Shown in pieces: positions 1-10,399 of a stretch of DNA of 64,000 nucleotides. The position numbers and the translations under genes are program-made. This stretch comes from a virus. Under the pieces are notes generated by a model that saw only the letters and a program-made list of their open reading frames with translations, was not told the DNA's origin and ran no database searches. Every line of letters begins with the position of its first letter. Within the stretch, counting starts at the first letter, position 1. The stretch spans positions 1 through 64,000 of IMG/VR virus record IMGVR_UViG_3300027759_000056. One strand, 5' to 3'.

Positions 1-302
1 TATGGCGTAAAATTGGTGATTTAATCCAAATTAAAGAAAAAAGAAGTTTTTTGTTTTGGTATTTACCATTTTTCAAAACAGTGACATACCAAATTGATTT
101 TATCGGTTTAGATTGTTCAGCATTACTAAAAAACCCAAAAACAAAAGAATCAAGAACAATAACAGGAAATGTAAATGTTTTATAATAATCTACGGAAGAA
201 AAAAATGAAAACAAATTTTAAAGCAAAGTTATTATGGACGATTGAATTGGTAATTGAATTTGTGATTTATTTAATTATATGGGGTTTAATTATTGAAAAA
301 TT

Positions 303-539
303 ATGACAAATAATAAACAACGAACGGGAGTAGATATTCTATTTGATAGATTTTTAGAACTTTTTTTATTTCATGAGGGTATTCCTGAAGAATTACAAGA
401 AGCATATAACATAGCCAAAGAAGTAGAAAAGACAGCAATTATCAAAGCAGTTAATAAAGGTTGGAATTACCATGAAGATGGTTTTGTGAGTTGGATGGGA
501 GAACAATACTACGAACAAATATACGGAGGTAACAAATGA
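303..539 (+). CDS. hypothetical phage protein
   Basis: 78 aa ORF in an overlapping (ATGA-coupled) gene string. Confidence 0.7.
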   Translation: MTNNKQRTGVDILFDRFLELFLFHEGIPEELQEAYNIAKEVEKTAIIKAVNKGWNYHEDGFVSWMGEQYYEQIYGGNK

Positions 540-988
540 TAGAAAATGAATTTACACCATACGAACTTGCTTTAGAGTTAAAGCAACTTCAATTTAATGA
601 ACCTTGTATTGCACACTATACTGTTGTTCCCGAAGACAATATTAACTGGTTTACAATTTCTGAACAAGCAGTTACAGGTAATAGTAGTATTTTTGGTTCT
701 AGTAAAAATTACAACACTGAGTGGTTTGAAACAGAAGGTACAATATCAGCACCAACCTATGCACAAGCATTTAGATGGTTTAGAGAGAAGCATAATCTTA
801 GATGTCAAATCAATTATATTGGAGGACTAATCAATAAAACTACATGGTGGGATATTTCTGTTATTGGTCACTATAATACAGACCCTAAAGAATGGGAGAT
901 GAAGTATCAACCATACGAAGAAGCAGAACTTGAATGTCTTAAAAAATTAATTGAATTATTAAAAACCCACGAAGGAGGTAACAAATGA
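536..988 (+). CDS. hypothetical phage protein
   Basis: 150 aa ORF coupled to its neighbours; PTYAQAFRWFREKH segment. Confidence 0.75.
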   Translation: MIENEFTPYELALELKQLQFNEPCIAHYTVVPEDNINWFTISEQAVTGNSSIFGSSKNYNTEWFETEGTISAPTYAQAFRWFREKHNLRCQINYIGGLINKTTWWDISVIGHYNTDPKEWEMKYQPYEEAELECLKKLIELLKTHEGGNK

Positions 989-1293
989 AAACACATTTAA
1001 TTACAACACTGATATTGATAGGACTTTTAACTCTTTCTGTAGCGATGGCTATGAGCGAATATGTTTTGATGGGAGTTATGGGAACTGTGATTCTTCTATT
1101 TGCTTACTGTGGTGTTTATTTAATTGTAAGTCGCAACATGATAAATAAAAATATGAACGACCAAAATATTAATGAAAAAAATGTTAAACATCTTCAGTGG
1201 CTATATGATAGAATGGCAAATGTTCATGGTGAGAACAAAGACTATGACTACATGATTAAGTTTAAGGAAATTATTGAACAATTAAAAAAATAA
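985..1293 (+). CDS. hypothetical membrane protein
   Basis: two N-terminal hydrophobic segments. Confidence 0.7.
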   Translation: MKTHLITTLILIGLLTLSVAMAMSEYVLMGVMGTVILLFAYCGVYLIVSRNMINKNMNDQNINEKNVKHLQWLYDRMANVHGENKDYDYMIKFKEIIEQLKK

Positions 1294-1294
1294 T

Positions 1295-1567
1295 ATGAAA
1301 AAACTATTCTTATTCCTGTTAAGGAAATACAGCAAGACGGAATCACAACGAATGGAAATCTATACGGAGTTGTGGTACCAAACCAAATCTGAATATAACA
1401 AAGCAACTGCGTTTGAAAATGTTTACAATATGAACGTTGAGGTTCTTATGTCAAACCCCTTCTTTGTTAGAAGAATTAAGTTTGGTGAAGTAAAACATTT
1501 GGAATGGATAAAAGAACGTTTGGATAATTCGTTTAAGGATAGTATTGAGTTAACATCAAAGAAATAA
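1295..1567 (+). CDS. hypothetical protein
   Basis: 90 aa ORF in operon. Confidence 0.65.
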   Translation: MKKLFLFLLRKYSKTESQRMEIYTELWYQTKSEYNKATAFENVYNMNVEVLMSNPFFVRRIKFGEVKHLEWIKERLDNSFKDSIELTSKK

Positions 1568-1829
1568 CCATGATTGATGCAATTGGATATTTTATTGTGA
1601 TGGTGGCAATGATAGGTGGAACAATTTATCAGACCATTAACTACAGGGACCATAATGTGGATTAACTATCACATGCCGGAAACCGTCTCGGAACCCCCAC
1701 CCCCTTTTTCTGACCCCGTCCACCCGTCCTTCGGACGGTTCTCTGACCTCCCGAACCCTTCGGGTGTTATATTGTCCCCCTAATTATATCCATCTTAAAA
1801 AAAGGTGGGTTTGATTATATTTATTAATA

Positions 1830-2795
1830 ATGAACCTACAAGAAAACATATATAGGATAAAACAAATGATGGGTCTTCTTACAGAAGAAGAAGACCAACT
1901 TGAAGTAAAAGGGGTTAATCACGGAGTTGTGATTAAACAACCCTATCAACAAGGTCAAGAAGGAGAACAATATAATAGTTTTATAATTGGTGTTACTCAT
2001 TTTAATAAAGAAAATCCAGTATATTTGGAACTTGGTGATATTAATCCTTCAATTATTGAGGAAATAAAACAGGTTGCCACTAACTGTGGATATTACTATG
2101 AAGGAATAGGTGGACCTGATTTAATAAACATTGAAAGATTCTTTAAAGAAGAATTGGGGTTAAATAATATCGTAAAGCACGGAAGTTACGAACCAAAACT
2201 TGAAGATAATAATCCGGACAAAAAGTATTTTATGTATACTTTCTTTTCTAATGGGAATGCTATTGATGAGAAAACCAAAGCTTCGTTGGATGGAATCAAC
2301 CAAGATAAAATCCTATTAGACCAACTTTCCATATTAAAAAATAGTGGTCAGAAAATAAATTCAATTTATGACTTAATTATGTTAGGTGATGGGTCAAAGT
2401 TATTTTGGGAGGGTAGTTTATCTTTTGATGATAATGATAAAAAATGGTTTATTGAACAAATAAAAAATACACCCAACACACAAAATATAATGGGATTACT
2501 ACAAAGCGAGCCAACACCTGAAAATATAAGAAAATTTATTCAAAGTGGGTTTGATATTATGTGGGGAAATTTTGATTCAAAGAAAGACAATTTTGGTTAC
2601 CAAGATGGTAAAAATTTATTGACTAACATGGCGGAAACCGCAACAAAAAGAAGAAGAGAATACATTAAAAACAATTTAGTTTGTGGAATTTATTTTATAG
2701 GTGAAGGACACATAAAATCTTGGCAAGAACAATTTGTAGATACAAAAGTAATTGAACCCATAATGAACTTACAAAAACAAATATCAAAAATATAG
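1830..2795 (+). CDS. hypothetical protein with MNLQENI.RIKQMMGLLTE leader; possible TraB/Tiki-like fold
   Basis: 321 aa; TATTTAT upstream; GVTH...E...IGEGH motifs are weak evidence for the fold. Confidence 0.6.
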   Translation: MNLQENIYRIKQMMGLLTEEEDQLEVKGVNHGVVIKQPYQQGQEGEQYNSFIIGVTHFNKENPVYLELGDINPSIIEEIKQVATNCGYYYEGIGGPDLINIERFFKEELGLNNIVKHGSYEPKLEDNNPDKKYFMYTFFSNGNAIDEKTKASLDGINQDKILLDQLSILKNSGQKINSIYDLIMLGDGSKLFWEGSLSFDDNDKKWFIEQIKNTPNTQNIMGLLQSEPTPENIRKFIQSGFDIMWGNFDSKKDNFGYQDGKNLLTNMAETATKRRREYIKNNLVCGIYFIGEGHIKSWQEQFVDTKVIEPIMNLQKQISKI

Positions 2796-2924
2796 TATTT
2801 ATTCATTATGAAAAGTTCAAAGAGTACGTATTCAAGATGTAGAAAAATGAGTAAGAAATTTGCCTTAAGAATTAAACAGAACAACGAGGTTCTGAATAAG
2901 GCCAAAGAATCTAACAAGTAATCT

Positions 2925-2958
2925 TAAACCCCCATCTTATGTTGGGGGTTTTTTATTT
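2925..2958 (+). terminator. intrinsic terminator, repeat copy 1
   Basis: aacccccatcttatgttgggggtttttt hairpin plus U tract. Confidence 0.8.
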
Positions 2959-2978
2959 TATTGTATATTTATATTATT

Positions 2979-3488
2979 ATGAAAAGATTTGTAATTACAG
3001 AAGATGAAAAAAACCATATATCAAAAATGTATGGTTTGATATATGAAAATATGATTAAAATTCCGAAGCAATATGGTGGAGTGAGAGTGGAACTTGGTAA
3101 TTCATCGTCCCCTGAAGATATTATGGATTCTTATAACACTACAGTTGAAGAAGGAACTACTCTTGTTAGTTATTCTGATGGGGTATTTTACAATGAAAAT
3201 GATGAGGAAATTACTTTAGATGTTGTTTTGGATGAATTAAATTATGCGATTAATGGTGATGAAGATGAGGATTATTATGACTCTCCCGTTAAAAAGACAG
3301 GTAGAGTTAGTGATAATGAATTTGTATTTAGTGATTCGGGAATTGACCAACACAAAATTACCTTTAACCCAAAATTTAATACATATGAATTTCGCCATTC
3401 GTCTCGATTAAATGGTTCTTCAGGTATGACAGTACTAACTGATGAACTGATGAAATCATTACTTGATTTTTTAACCAAACGTAACTAA
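2979..3488 (+). CDS. hypothetical protein (MKRFVITEDEK leader)
   Basis: ATG at 2979 after TATTTATA. Confidence 0.7.
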   Translation: MKRFVITEDEKNHISKMYGLIYENMIKIPKQYGGVRVELGNSSSPEDIMDSYNTTVEEGTTLVSYSDGVFYNENDEEITLDVVLDELNYAINGDEDEDYYDSPVKKTGRVSDNEFVFSDSGIDQHKITFNPKFNTYEFRHSSRLNGSSGMTVLTDELMKSLLDFLTKRN

Positions 3489-3495
3489 ATACTTT

Positions 3496-3527
3496 AACCC
3501 CCATCTTATGTTGGGGGTTTTTTATTT
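3496..3527 (+). terminator. intrinsic terminator, repeat copy 2
   Basis: core identical to the 2925 copy. Confidence 0.8.
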
Positions 3528-3552
3528 CATTTATTTTTATTATCTTTGTAAA

Positions 3553-3702
3553 ATGAAATACGAATATACCTATATTAGCAACAAAGATTTTGGACAAGGA
3601 ATGGCTCAGGTTTCCAATTTGGCAAAACAAGGATGGAGATTAATATCAACAGTTACTCGTGGGGGAACCTATAAGTTTGTTTTAGAAAAAGAAGAACAAT
3701 AA
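3553..3702 (+). CDS. small DUF4177-like protein
   Basis: MKYEY...LAKQGWRLIST; TATCTTTG promoter just upstream. Confidence 0.55.
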   Translation: MKYEYTYISNKDFGQGMAQVSNLAKQGWRLISTVTRGGTYKFVLEKEEQ

Positions 3703-3705
3703 TAT

Positions 3706-3738
3706 AACCCCCCATCTTATGTTGGGGGTTTTTTATTT
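3706..3738 (+). terminator. intrinsic terminator, repeat copy 3
   Basis: core identical to the 2925 copy. Confidence 0.8.
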
Positions 3739-3763
3739 GAAATCTTTTTTGTATATTTTTATT

Positions 3764-4030
3764 ATGATACAGGAAAATGAAACATTAAGTGTTAGGGTGG
3801 ATATGACATATGTTGGTGGTAGATTAAACTTTCAATTGTTTGCCGACAAAGGAGTTAAACCTGAAATGTTGAGAGCCATGTTGGTTGGTGGTGTTGCTTT
3901 AACTATTAAAGCCGAAGAAGGTCCTGAGAAACAAGGTGTGGCAATGAAAGAGGTTATTGATTACTTGACCAGTGAGTTCATCTCAACCGATTCATTTGAG
4001 AATGCCAAGTATGTATATCCAGAGGATTAA
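3764..4030 (+). CDS. hypothetical protein
   Basis: start refined to the ATG after the terminator. Confidence 0.65.
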   Translation: MIQENETLSVRVDMTYVGGRLNFQLFADKGVKPEMLRAMLVGGVALTIKAEEGPEKQGVAMKEVIDYLTSEFISTDSFENAKYVYPED

Positions 4031-4057
4031 AGTATGTTTCAGTGTATTTATTAATAC

Positions 4058-4357
4058 ATGAAAATCATCATTACAGAATCTCAACACAATAAATTACAAA
4101 TGAAACAATGGCTCTTAAGAAGACAAGAGTTATTCATGAGTGAATATAATGATTCTCTTACACAAACTAACCCTTGTAATCATGATGATAGTAAAAGTTA
4201 TGTTAATAGGGTAATACATTACACTATGGATGGACTTCATCCTCATTTTTATTTAAATCATGATTTTGATTATGAGTTATTGTTTGAGGTTATCTTTGAT
4301 ATGGTTTATGTTGATTTAACTGAAAAATATAATTCTGAAATTAAAAATTGCCAATAA
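4058..4357 (+). CDS. hypothetical protein (MKIIITESQ leader)
   Basis: ITESQ N-terminus; TATTTAT upstream. Confidence 0.7.
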   Translation: MKIIITESQHNKLQMKQWLLRRQELFMSEYNDSLTQTNPCNHDDSKSYVNRVIHYTMDGLHPHFYLNHDFDYELLFEVIFDMVYVDLTEKYNSEIKNCQ

Positions 4358-4358
4358 T

Positions 4359-4649
4359 ATGAGATACATAATTAGTGAATCACAACTTGACATAGTTATC
4401 CCTACACCTTTGAAAAGAAGGTTGGATGGTCTACAGGAACTCATGTATGATGTTATGATGAATAACGGTATGAGTTTGGATGCCGATGAATACAATGATG
4501 TGGAAGATTTTGTTAATTATGTAATTGACATAATGATGTATGATATTTTTCCTCACACGGATTACGAAGAGATTCCAACATACGAGAAAATATTAATCCA
4601 TCTTCTTGGTGATAAGATTCGTGAATTTTGGAATGAGAACCAAAATTAA
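4359..4649 (+). CDS. hypothetical protein (MRYIISESQ leader)
   Basis: N-terminus paralogous to 4058. Confidence 0.7.
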   Translation: MRYIISESQLDIVIPTPLKRRLDGLQELMYDVMMNNGMSLDADEYNDVEDFVNYVIDIMMYDIFPHTDYEEIPTYEKILIHLLGDKIREFWNENQN

Positions 4650-4670
4650 TTATCTTTGTATTTATAACTA

Positions 4671-5474
4671 ATGGCTAACGAAATAGACTTTTCAAATTTA
4701 ACAACTGAGGATTATCAAGATTATTGGAATCAGTTTTTAAGATTTTATGCCGATGAGACTGGTAAAAACTTCTCAAAGAAATTACCAATTAGTTACTTGG
4801 ATAAACTTCTTAGAGATGAAATTATTGAAAAATACGAATTAGACACTTCAAGGTATTCAGCAAATAGAATTATTCCACTTACCCAACAACTTATTCAAAA
4901 AGGTGCCATTGAATTTGAAACATTCAGACCTGAAGAAAAGTTTACCGAAAAATATGCAAATCCCCTGTCAAAAATTATATCAAGAATAAAAATCAATCCA
5001 AAATATAAGATAACTATTGGTGAAGAAAAACCAAATGAAGTTTATGTTCGCGTTAACATTGATACAGAAGATTGGTTGAAACTTTCAAATGAAGAAAAAA
5101 AACAAGCCAATGAATTTCAAGCTAATCTAAGAATTAATATTCAAAAGTTTCTTGGTGTTGAATTTGGTTCGCCAGCTCATGGTAAATTAAATATGAACGG
5201 TTATGGTACCAATGTTATGAATGGTGACGAATGGATTACAAATGTCATGAATAAAAAGATTAAAAAGGAAATTAAAGAATCTATATTTAATGAGTATATT
5301 CAACGTATGTCAATTAAAATTAATGGTGACAAATTAAAAATTTCAATTATTAGCCCAAGAAACAGAAGGATGAATAGGTATTGGGATGTAAGAACTCAGT
5401 TTGAAAAATTTATGAAAGATTTATTTGAGAAGTACGGTTATAACAAAGATTCTTTTGAACTTGATTTTGTTTAA
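4671..5474 (+). CDS. hypothetical protein
   Basis: 267 aa ORF. Confidence 0.75.
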   Translation: MANEIDFSNLTTEDYQDYWNQFLRFYADETGKNFSKKLPISYLDKLLRDEIIEKYELDTSRYSANRIIPLTQQLIQKGAIEFETFRPEEKFTEKYANPLSKIISRIKINPKYKITIGEEKPNEVYVRVNIDTEDWLKLSNEEKKQANEFQANLRINIQKFLGVEFGSPAHGKLNMNGYGTNVMNGDEWITNVMNKKIKKEIKESIFNEYIQRMSIKINGDKLKISIISPRNRRMNRYWDVRTQFEKFMKDLFEKYGYNKDSFELDFV

Positions 5475-5510
5475 CCTTCAGTTGTAAAGACTATATTTAT
5501 TAAAAAAAAC

Positions 5511-6155
5511 ATGAAAAAAATATTATTAACATTAATTACATTATTCACAATCGTAGCGATGACCTCTTGTGATAATGGAAAAAAAGAAGAGAGTAAAGAA
5601 GAATTTACGCACCAACGTGCATTACAATTATTTCACGGTAAGTTTGCCTTCTGTGGAGCATCACCTGCAACGTTAACAGGAAACAAAATTGTTGTTCAAG
5701 GTGATACATTCCTTGAAGGATGTGCTACATGTCCTGTAATGGAAGGAACTGCTCTTGTGAATACTTTATTGGTTGGTGACCCTTACATCACTCCTGATAG
5801 TACAAACAAGACTGTCTGGTCATACTTTTGGTATTATGATAGTGTTCCTCAAGCACCAACTTGGATAAATCAACCAACGGTAAACAGAACATTTACAATC
5901 ACTGAAACCCCAGGTGGTGGTATGAGCAATATGTGGTGTATGCCATGTAAGATATTACCAAATAAAGTTAATGGTGTAACATTGGCTAAATGTTATGGAC
6001 CAATCAATGAATTGGCTTTACCATTACGTCAATCAGTTAAAGCGTTACCTGGTGAAACATCTGTAACACAAGCACCTGTGGGAGCAACTTATCCTGTCGG
6101 AACAATTATACCCGATGCGGACTCAACAAAACATTATAAAAAAGTAACAAAATAA
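5511..6155 (+). CDS. Cys-rich lipoprotein
   Basis: signal peptide with lipobox MTSC; several Cys. Confidence 0.7.
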   Translation: MKKILLTLITLFTIVAMTSCDNGKKEESKEEFTHQRALQLFHGKFAFCGASPATLTGNKIVVQGDTFLEGCATCPVMEGTALVNTLLVGDPYITPDSTNKTVWSYFWYYDSVPQAPTWINQPTVNRTFTITETPGGGMSNMWCMPCKILPNKVNGVTLAKCYGPINELALPLRQSVKALPGETSVTQAPVGATYPVGTIIPDADSTKHYKKVTK

Positions 6156-6161
6156 AAATTA

Positions 6162-6190
6162 AAAACCCCACTCAAAAGGTGGGGTTTTTT
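6162..6190. terminator. bidirectional terminator
   Basis: aaaaccccac-tcaaaag-gtggggtttt. Confidence 0.75.
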
Positions 6191-6563
6191 GTTTATTGTT
6201 CTTTTGACATCTTGTACAAAGCGTAAACCGCAATCAACGGTGATACGGACTCTGTAAACCAACCAATTTGGTCTAAGTCAAAGTACAACCTTACAAATGT
6301 TAAAAGTCCTAATACAATCAAAATAATTGGGTAAATAAGTTTTTGTTTCATATGTCAAAGATAACATATTAACATTTAAGTTAAAACAATTGTGTTTAAT
6401 ATGTGTATAAGTGTATTTATTAACAGTAGAGAATTATGGATTACATTGTTTACGTAAATAATAAACTTGATTCATTTATTATTTTTCCAAATTCTAATTA
6501 TTCTGTGGACAAAACAGGAAGGGAAACTATTCACAAGTCCTCACCTGTTAAAAACCCATTTTC

Positions 6564-6818
6564 TTAATAATCAATGCCTTTTGTTGCAAAAGTAATATTT
6601 TCAATATCTCTTCTTTTTAATCCCATACTTTTACAAACATTTTCAATATCTTTAACAATCTCATTCTGATAATTAAGTGCTTCGTACTTATTTGATATAA
6701 TGTAAATCAAGTAAGTAGTGTAATCAAAATCATTGTCTTCACGTACCACTATCTCATCCACTGATGGATATTTTGGTTTAACAACCAAGTTCAGTACATT
6801 TTCAATAGCGTTTACCAT
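6564..6818 (-). CDS. hypothetical protein
   Basis: 84 aa ORF. Confidence 0.6.
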   Translation of the reverse strand: MVNAIENVLNLVVKPKYPSVDEIVVREDNDFDYTTYLIYIISNKYEALNYQNEIVKDIENVCKSMGLKRRDIENITFATKGIDY

Positions 6819-6857
6819 ATAATTGTAAATATAAGTAAATTACATTATCTTTGTTGT

Positions 6858-7193
6858 ATGGAACCGAATATTATTGATAAAATGGTAAAAGTAGTGAGAG
6901 TTCACTATATGAACCATACGGTTTCAGGAACCTATCAGTTTTGTATTAAAATTGAAGTTGAATTTTTACATCCCATAATGTACGTAAATGGATGGGATAC
7001 ATATCACATTCCAATATATGATAATCTAGGTATGTTAAATGAAACGGTCTATAATGCATTATTTGCGTTACACAAATACTGTGGAGTATCAAAAGAGGAG
7101 TTATTGTTGTGGATGCTATCTAAAATTGATTTTGATAAGGCTTGGGATAAAGATATGTATTTTTGGTTACGTAAAAGTTTTATTAAATACTAG
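6858..7193 (+). CDS. hypothetical protein
   Basis: TATCTTTG 4 nt before ATG. Confidence 0.65.
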   Translation: MEPNIIDKMVKVVRVHYMNHTVSGTYQFCIKIEVEFLHPIMYVNGWDTYHIPIYDNLGMLNETVYNALFALHKYCGVSKEELLLWMLSKIDFDKAWDKDMYFWLRKSFIKY

Positions 7194-8796
7194 TTCCCTC
7201 ACTTATAACTTTACCAACAATATTTGTGGTATTAACCCATTCATCCATTGGTTTTGTTTCTTTAATACCACTCTCAATAACATCATCCACATATTTGGTA
7301 TGTGGTTTGGTTCTATCTTCTTGTCTGTGATAGTAGTTACCCCAATCCATATTACCTTCTTGAGAGGGTAATGGTTGTACTTCTTTAATACCTTTTTCCA
7401 AAACACTTGCGACATCATCTAATCTATGGTTTTCACGATATACAACAGAAAAATCCATTGGGTTGTATAGTGGAGTATGTGAGGGTATACATTGTTTAAC
7501 ACCATTTTTAATTACACCACCAACTCTACCTTTATGGTGATAAACATCATCATGGGTTTCTTTGATTCCATTTTGAATAACATCTTCTACAACACAAGAA
7601 CCATCAATTTGTAATGAGCTGTTTGTCAGTTTTACACCCTGTTTAATTACTTCCTCAACCTCATTATTTTGTTTTGGAGATTCAAGTTGATGAACCATTT
7701 TACCTTTCATTTCTATTGAACCCAAATATCCACCACCTTTAGTTTCTTTAACACCTTCAGAAATAATCCTATCAACTTTAGTTTCATCAAATAAAACACC
7801 ACCTTCAGTGCGTTTTATTCCACGTTCAATCACATCATCAATTAATTGTGGAATGTTAACGGTATTATTATCCGACAGAAAATCAAGGACTCCCAAAATA
7901 TCACCATCTTCACCAGGTGTTTTGGTTTCCTTCACCCCATTTTGAATGATGTCATCAACAGTCTTTGGGTGTCGCTCTGCATCTCGGTGAGTTTCTTTCA
8001 CCCCATTTTGAATGATGTCATCAAATCTTTCATCACCATCTAACCAATCACCATATTCGGTATGCTTAACCCCATTTTGAATGGCATCTTCAACCGAAGA
8101 TGGTCTAACCCCTTTGTGTAATTCAATTTCTTTTACCCCATTTATAATGGCGTCTTCAGCATCGGTATTCATAGAATCCCCGTTTCTTCGGGTCTTTTTC
8201 ACCCCATTTATAATGGTATCTTCAACATATTTGTTTTTATGATGTGTGGTGTCTATGGTGTGTTTCACCCCATTTTGAATTGTGTTTTCAACACTGATAC
8301 ATTGTTGATTTTCGTTACCTCGTGTGTGTTTCACCCCATTTTCAATGGTGTCTTCAGCCCTTTCCTGAGAGAGCAGGTCTTTTGAATCCTCGGTGTGTTT
8401 CACCCCATTTTGAATTATTGTGTCAACTACATCATTAGTATAGTATGGAGCATCTTTGGTTTCTTTAACCCCATTTTGAATGGTGTCTTCAACTTGGTGG
8501 GACTCATCTCGGGTATTTGACCCGGTGTAGTTCACCCCATTTATAATGGTATCTTCAACCCATTTGGTAATGTAGTTTTGATTTTCAACAACATCCAAAG
8601 AAAGAACCTTAAGTAAATTTTTGAAAAAATTGTAATTGTACCATAAAGTACCATCCTTAGTTAATTCAATAACCCATTTTTTTTCATCAGTAAAAATTAA
8701 CCAAGTACTATGATTGTTAACGTATTTATCACAACCCACAATAGCCTTGTCAATCATCTTATTAATTAGTTTACCTAAATCTTTCATTTGGAACAA
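7183..8796 (-). CDS. tandem-repeat protein (about 18 x VEDxIxNGVKxT with variable linkers)
   Basis: 537 aa; approximately 22-aa period. Confidence 0.8.
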   Translation of the reverse strand: MFQMKDLGKLINKMIDKAIVGCDKYVNNHSTWLIFTDEKKWVIELTKDGTLWYNYNFFKNLLKVLSLDVVENQNYITKWVEDTIINGVNYTGSNTRDESHQVEDTIQNGVKETKDAPYYTNDVVDTIIQNGVKHTEDSKDLLSQERAEDTIENGVKHTRGNENQQCISVENTIQNGVKHTIDTTHHKNKYVEDTIINGVKKTRRNGDSMNTDAEDAIINGVKEIELHKGVRPSSVEDAIQNGVKHTEYGDWLDGDERFDDIIQNGVKETHRDAERHPKTVDDIIQNGVKETKTPGEDGDILGVLDFLSDNNTVNIPQLIDDVIERGIKRTEGGVLFDETKVDRIISEGVKETKGGGYLGSIEMKGKMVHQLESPKQNNEVEEVIKQGVKLTNSSLQIDGSCVVEDVIQNGIKETHDDVYHHKGRVGGVIKNGVKQCIPSHTPLYNPMDFSVVYRENHRLDDVASVLEKGIKEVQPLPSQEGNMDWGNYYHRQEDRTKPHTKYVDDVIESGIKETKPMDEWVNTTNIVGKVISEGTSI

Positions 8797-8842
8797 AGGT
8801 AATAAAAAATTATGATACTAACAAACTATTTATAGAAACTAC

Positions 8843-9187
8843 ATGGAAATGACTTACACTGATAAAGCCATTTTGGAGTTATTGAATAACCCAAAGATTA
8901 TACCACCAAATGATATTATACACGAATACACCGTGGCATCACACAATGATGTAGAATTGTTGGTTATTAAAGTTATTCTTAATATTGATGTTAATAATAA
9001 AGGACAACGTGGTGATGGTGAAAGAATGTTGTATGAAAATAATTTTGACGCTTATAAACTTAGTGAAACCATTATTAAAAAAATACTTAGACCATTAGGT
9101 TTATTAAAAACAATATCTTGGGGAGTGTTAATTGTTATTGATGCTAGTGGTAATAGACTTGTTGAACACTCCATGATTAAAAATTAA
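8843..9187 (+). CDS. hypothetical protein
   Basis: resembles 9494..9877. Confidence 0.65.
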   Translation: MEMTYTDKAILELLNNPKIIPPNDIIHEYTVASHNDVELLVIKVILNIDVNNKGQRGDGERMLYENNFDAYKLSETIIKKILRPLGLLKTISWGVLIVIDASGNRLVEHSMIKN

Positions 9188-9211
9188 ATTTTTTTCTTAT
9201 ATTTATACCTA

Positions 9212-9493
9212 ATGAAATACCTAATTACAGAAAGCCAAAAAGAAAACATTATTAAAAAGTATATCTTATCAAATTTTGATAGGGTTGATGATGTGTGGTT
9301 TACAAACAGAAGAAACGAAATTGTTATTAATGTTTTGGTAGATAATTTGGATGATGAGTTGACTAAAACAAACCTTTATGAGTTAAGACAAAGTATCATA
9401 AATAAGGCAGATAAAACTTTCAATTTGGGATATAACAGACCCAATGGAGGTTGGGCTTTTTCATTCTCACAAAAAACCATTCAAAAGTTTTAA
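9212..9493 (+). CDS. hypothetical protein (MKYLITESQ leader)
   Basis: ITESQ N-terminus. Confidence 0.7.
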   Translation: MKYLITESQKENIIKKYILSNFDRVDDVWFTNRRNEIVINVLVDNLDDELTKTNLYELRQSIINKADKTFNLGYNRPNGGWAFSFSQKTIQKF

Positions 9494-9877
9494 ATGGAAC
9501 TTACAAATGTAATAGAAAAATTATTGAATAGAGATTCGTTTTTGAATCTTTTAGAAAATGATATTATTGAAAAATTTGAAGTTAGTGTTAGTCCTTTTGA
9601 ATCCAAAATTTTAGTTATAAAAATGTTTCTGAATACAACTACAGATGAATTTACAACTACAGATGAATTTACAGGTACCGGTGAATCCACACCTCGTTTA
9701 TCTGAGTGGGAAGTAAGGGGGAAATTATGGGAAAATTATAACTTGGACACAGCTTGGTGGCACGCACATATTATTCCAAATAGAATACTAAAACCATTGG
9801 TGGGTAAGGATTATTTTATAAAAATACTTCTTTTTGTTGTGGACAAGAATGGTATTCATTTATTTACTGAAAATTAA
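9494..9877 (+). CDS. hypothetical protein
   Basis: 127 aa; TTTDEF duplication. Confidence 0.65.
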   Translation: MELTNVIEKLLNRDSFLNLLENDIIEKFEVSVSPFESKILVIKMFLNTTTDEFTTTDEFTGTGESTPRLSEWEVRGKLWENYNLDTAWWHAHIIPNRILKPLVGKDYFIKILLFVVDKNGIHLFTEN

Positions 9878-9879
9878 TT

Positions 9880-10182
9880 ATGAATAAAGAAAATTTAGAA
9901 CAGGGTTTAACAAAACTATTAAAAACTTTTTTCACAAAAAAGTATGATAGAGATTTTTCTGATTTAACCGTTGTGTTAGATGAATATGAAGAAGATGCTG
10001 ATGATACTGATGATGAGGGTAATTGGGTTTCAGCTGAGAGTTATTATTTTACCGTATATTCAGATAATTTTGATGGTTCACAACCACTAATTGAACTTTA
10101 TCAATTATCTAGAGAATTGTTTGGAAATATAATAGGAAGTAAAAATTGGATTGAAATTGAATTCAAAAAATATCCCTTGTAA
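9880..10182 (+). CDS. hypothetical protein
   Basis: 100 aa, acidic. Confidence 0.65.
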   Translation: MNKENLEQGLTKLLKTFFTKKYDRDFSDLTVVLDEYEEDADDTDDEGNWVSAESYYFTVYSDNFDGSQPLIELYQLSRELFGNIIGSKNWIEIEFKKYPL

Positions 10183-10213
10183 TTTATCAAACTTATACTA
10201 TATTAGAAATATC

Positions 10214-10399
10214 ATGGAAAAAAACGAAGCGAAAGCACAAGCCTATAATAATCTTTTATTTCAACATTCAAGATTGGAGGAACAAATCAGACAAATCAAA
10301 GCAGAAAACTTTGACTTAACAAAACAAGATGTTGAAAAAATTGACAGAATTAGATTCCAACAACAAATGTTGATGGCTGAAGTTCAGAAATTATTCTAA
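10214..10399 (+). CDS. small coiled-coil protein
   Basis: start refined to MEKNEAK. Confidence 0.6.
   Translation: MEKNEAKAQAYNNLLFQHSRLEEQIRQIKAENFDLTKQDVEKIDRIRFQQQMLMAEVQKLF

Noticed and set aside
7930-8560. CRISPR-like repeat/spacer pattern with a period of about 66 nt
   Set aside because: Repeats are degenerate at synonymous positions, the array is in frame in a 537-aa ORF, and no cas genes are present.
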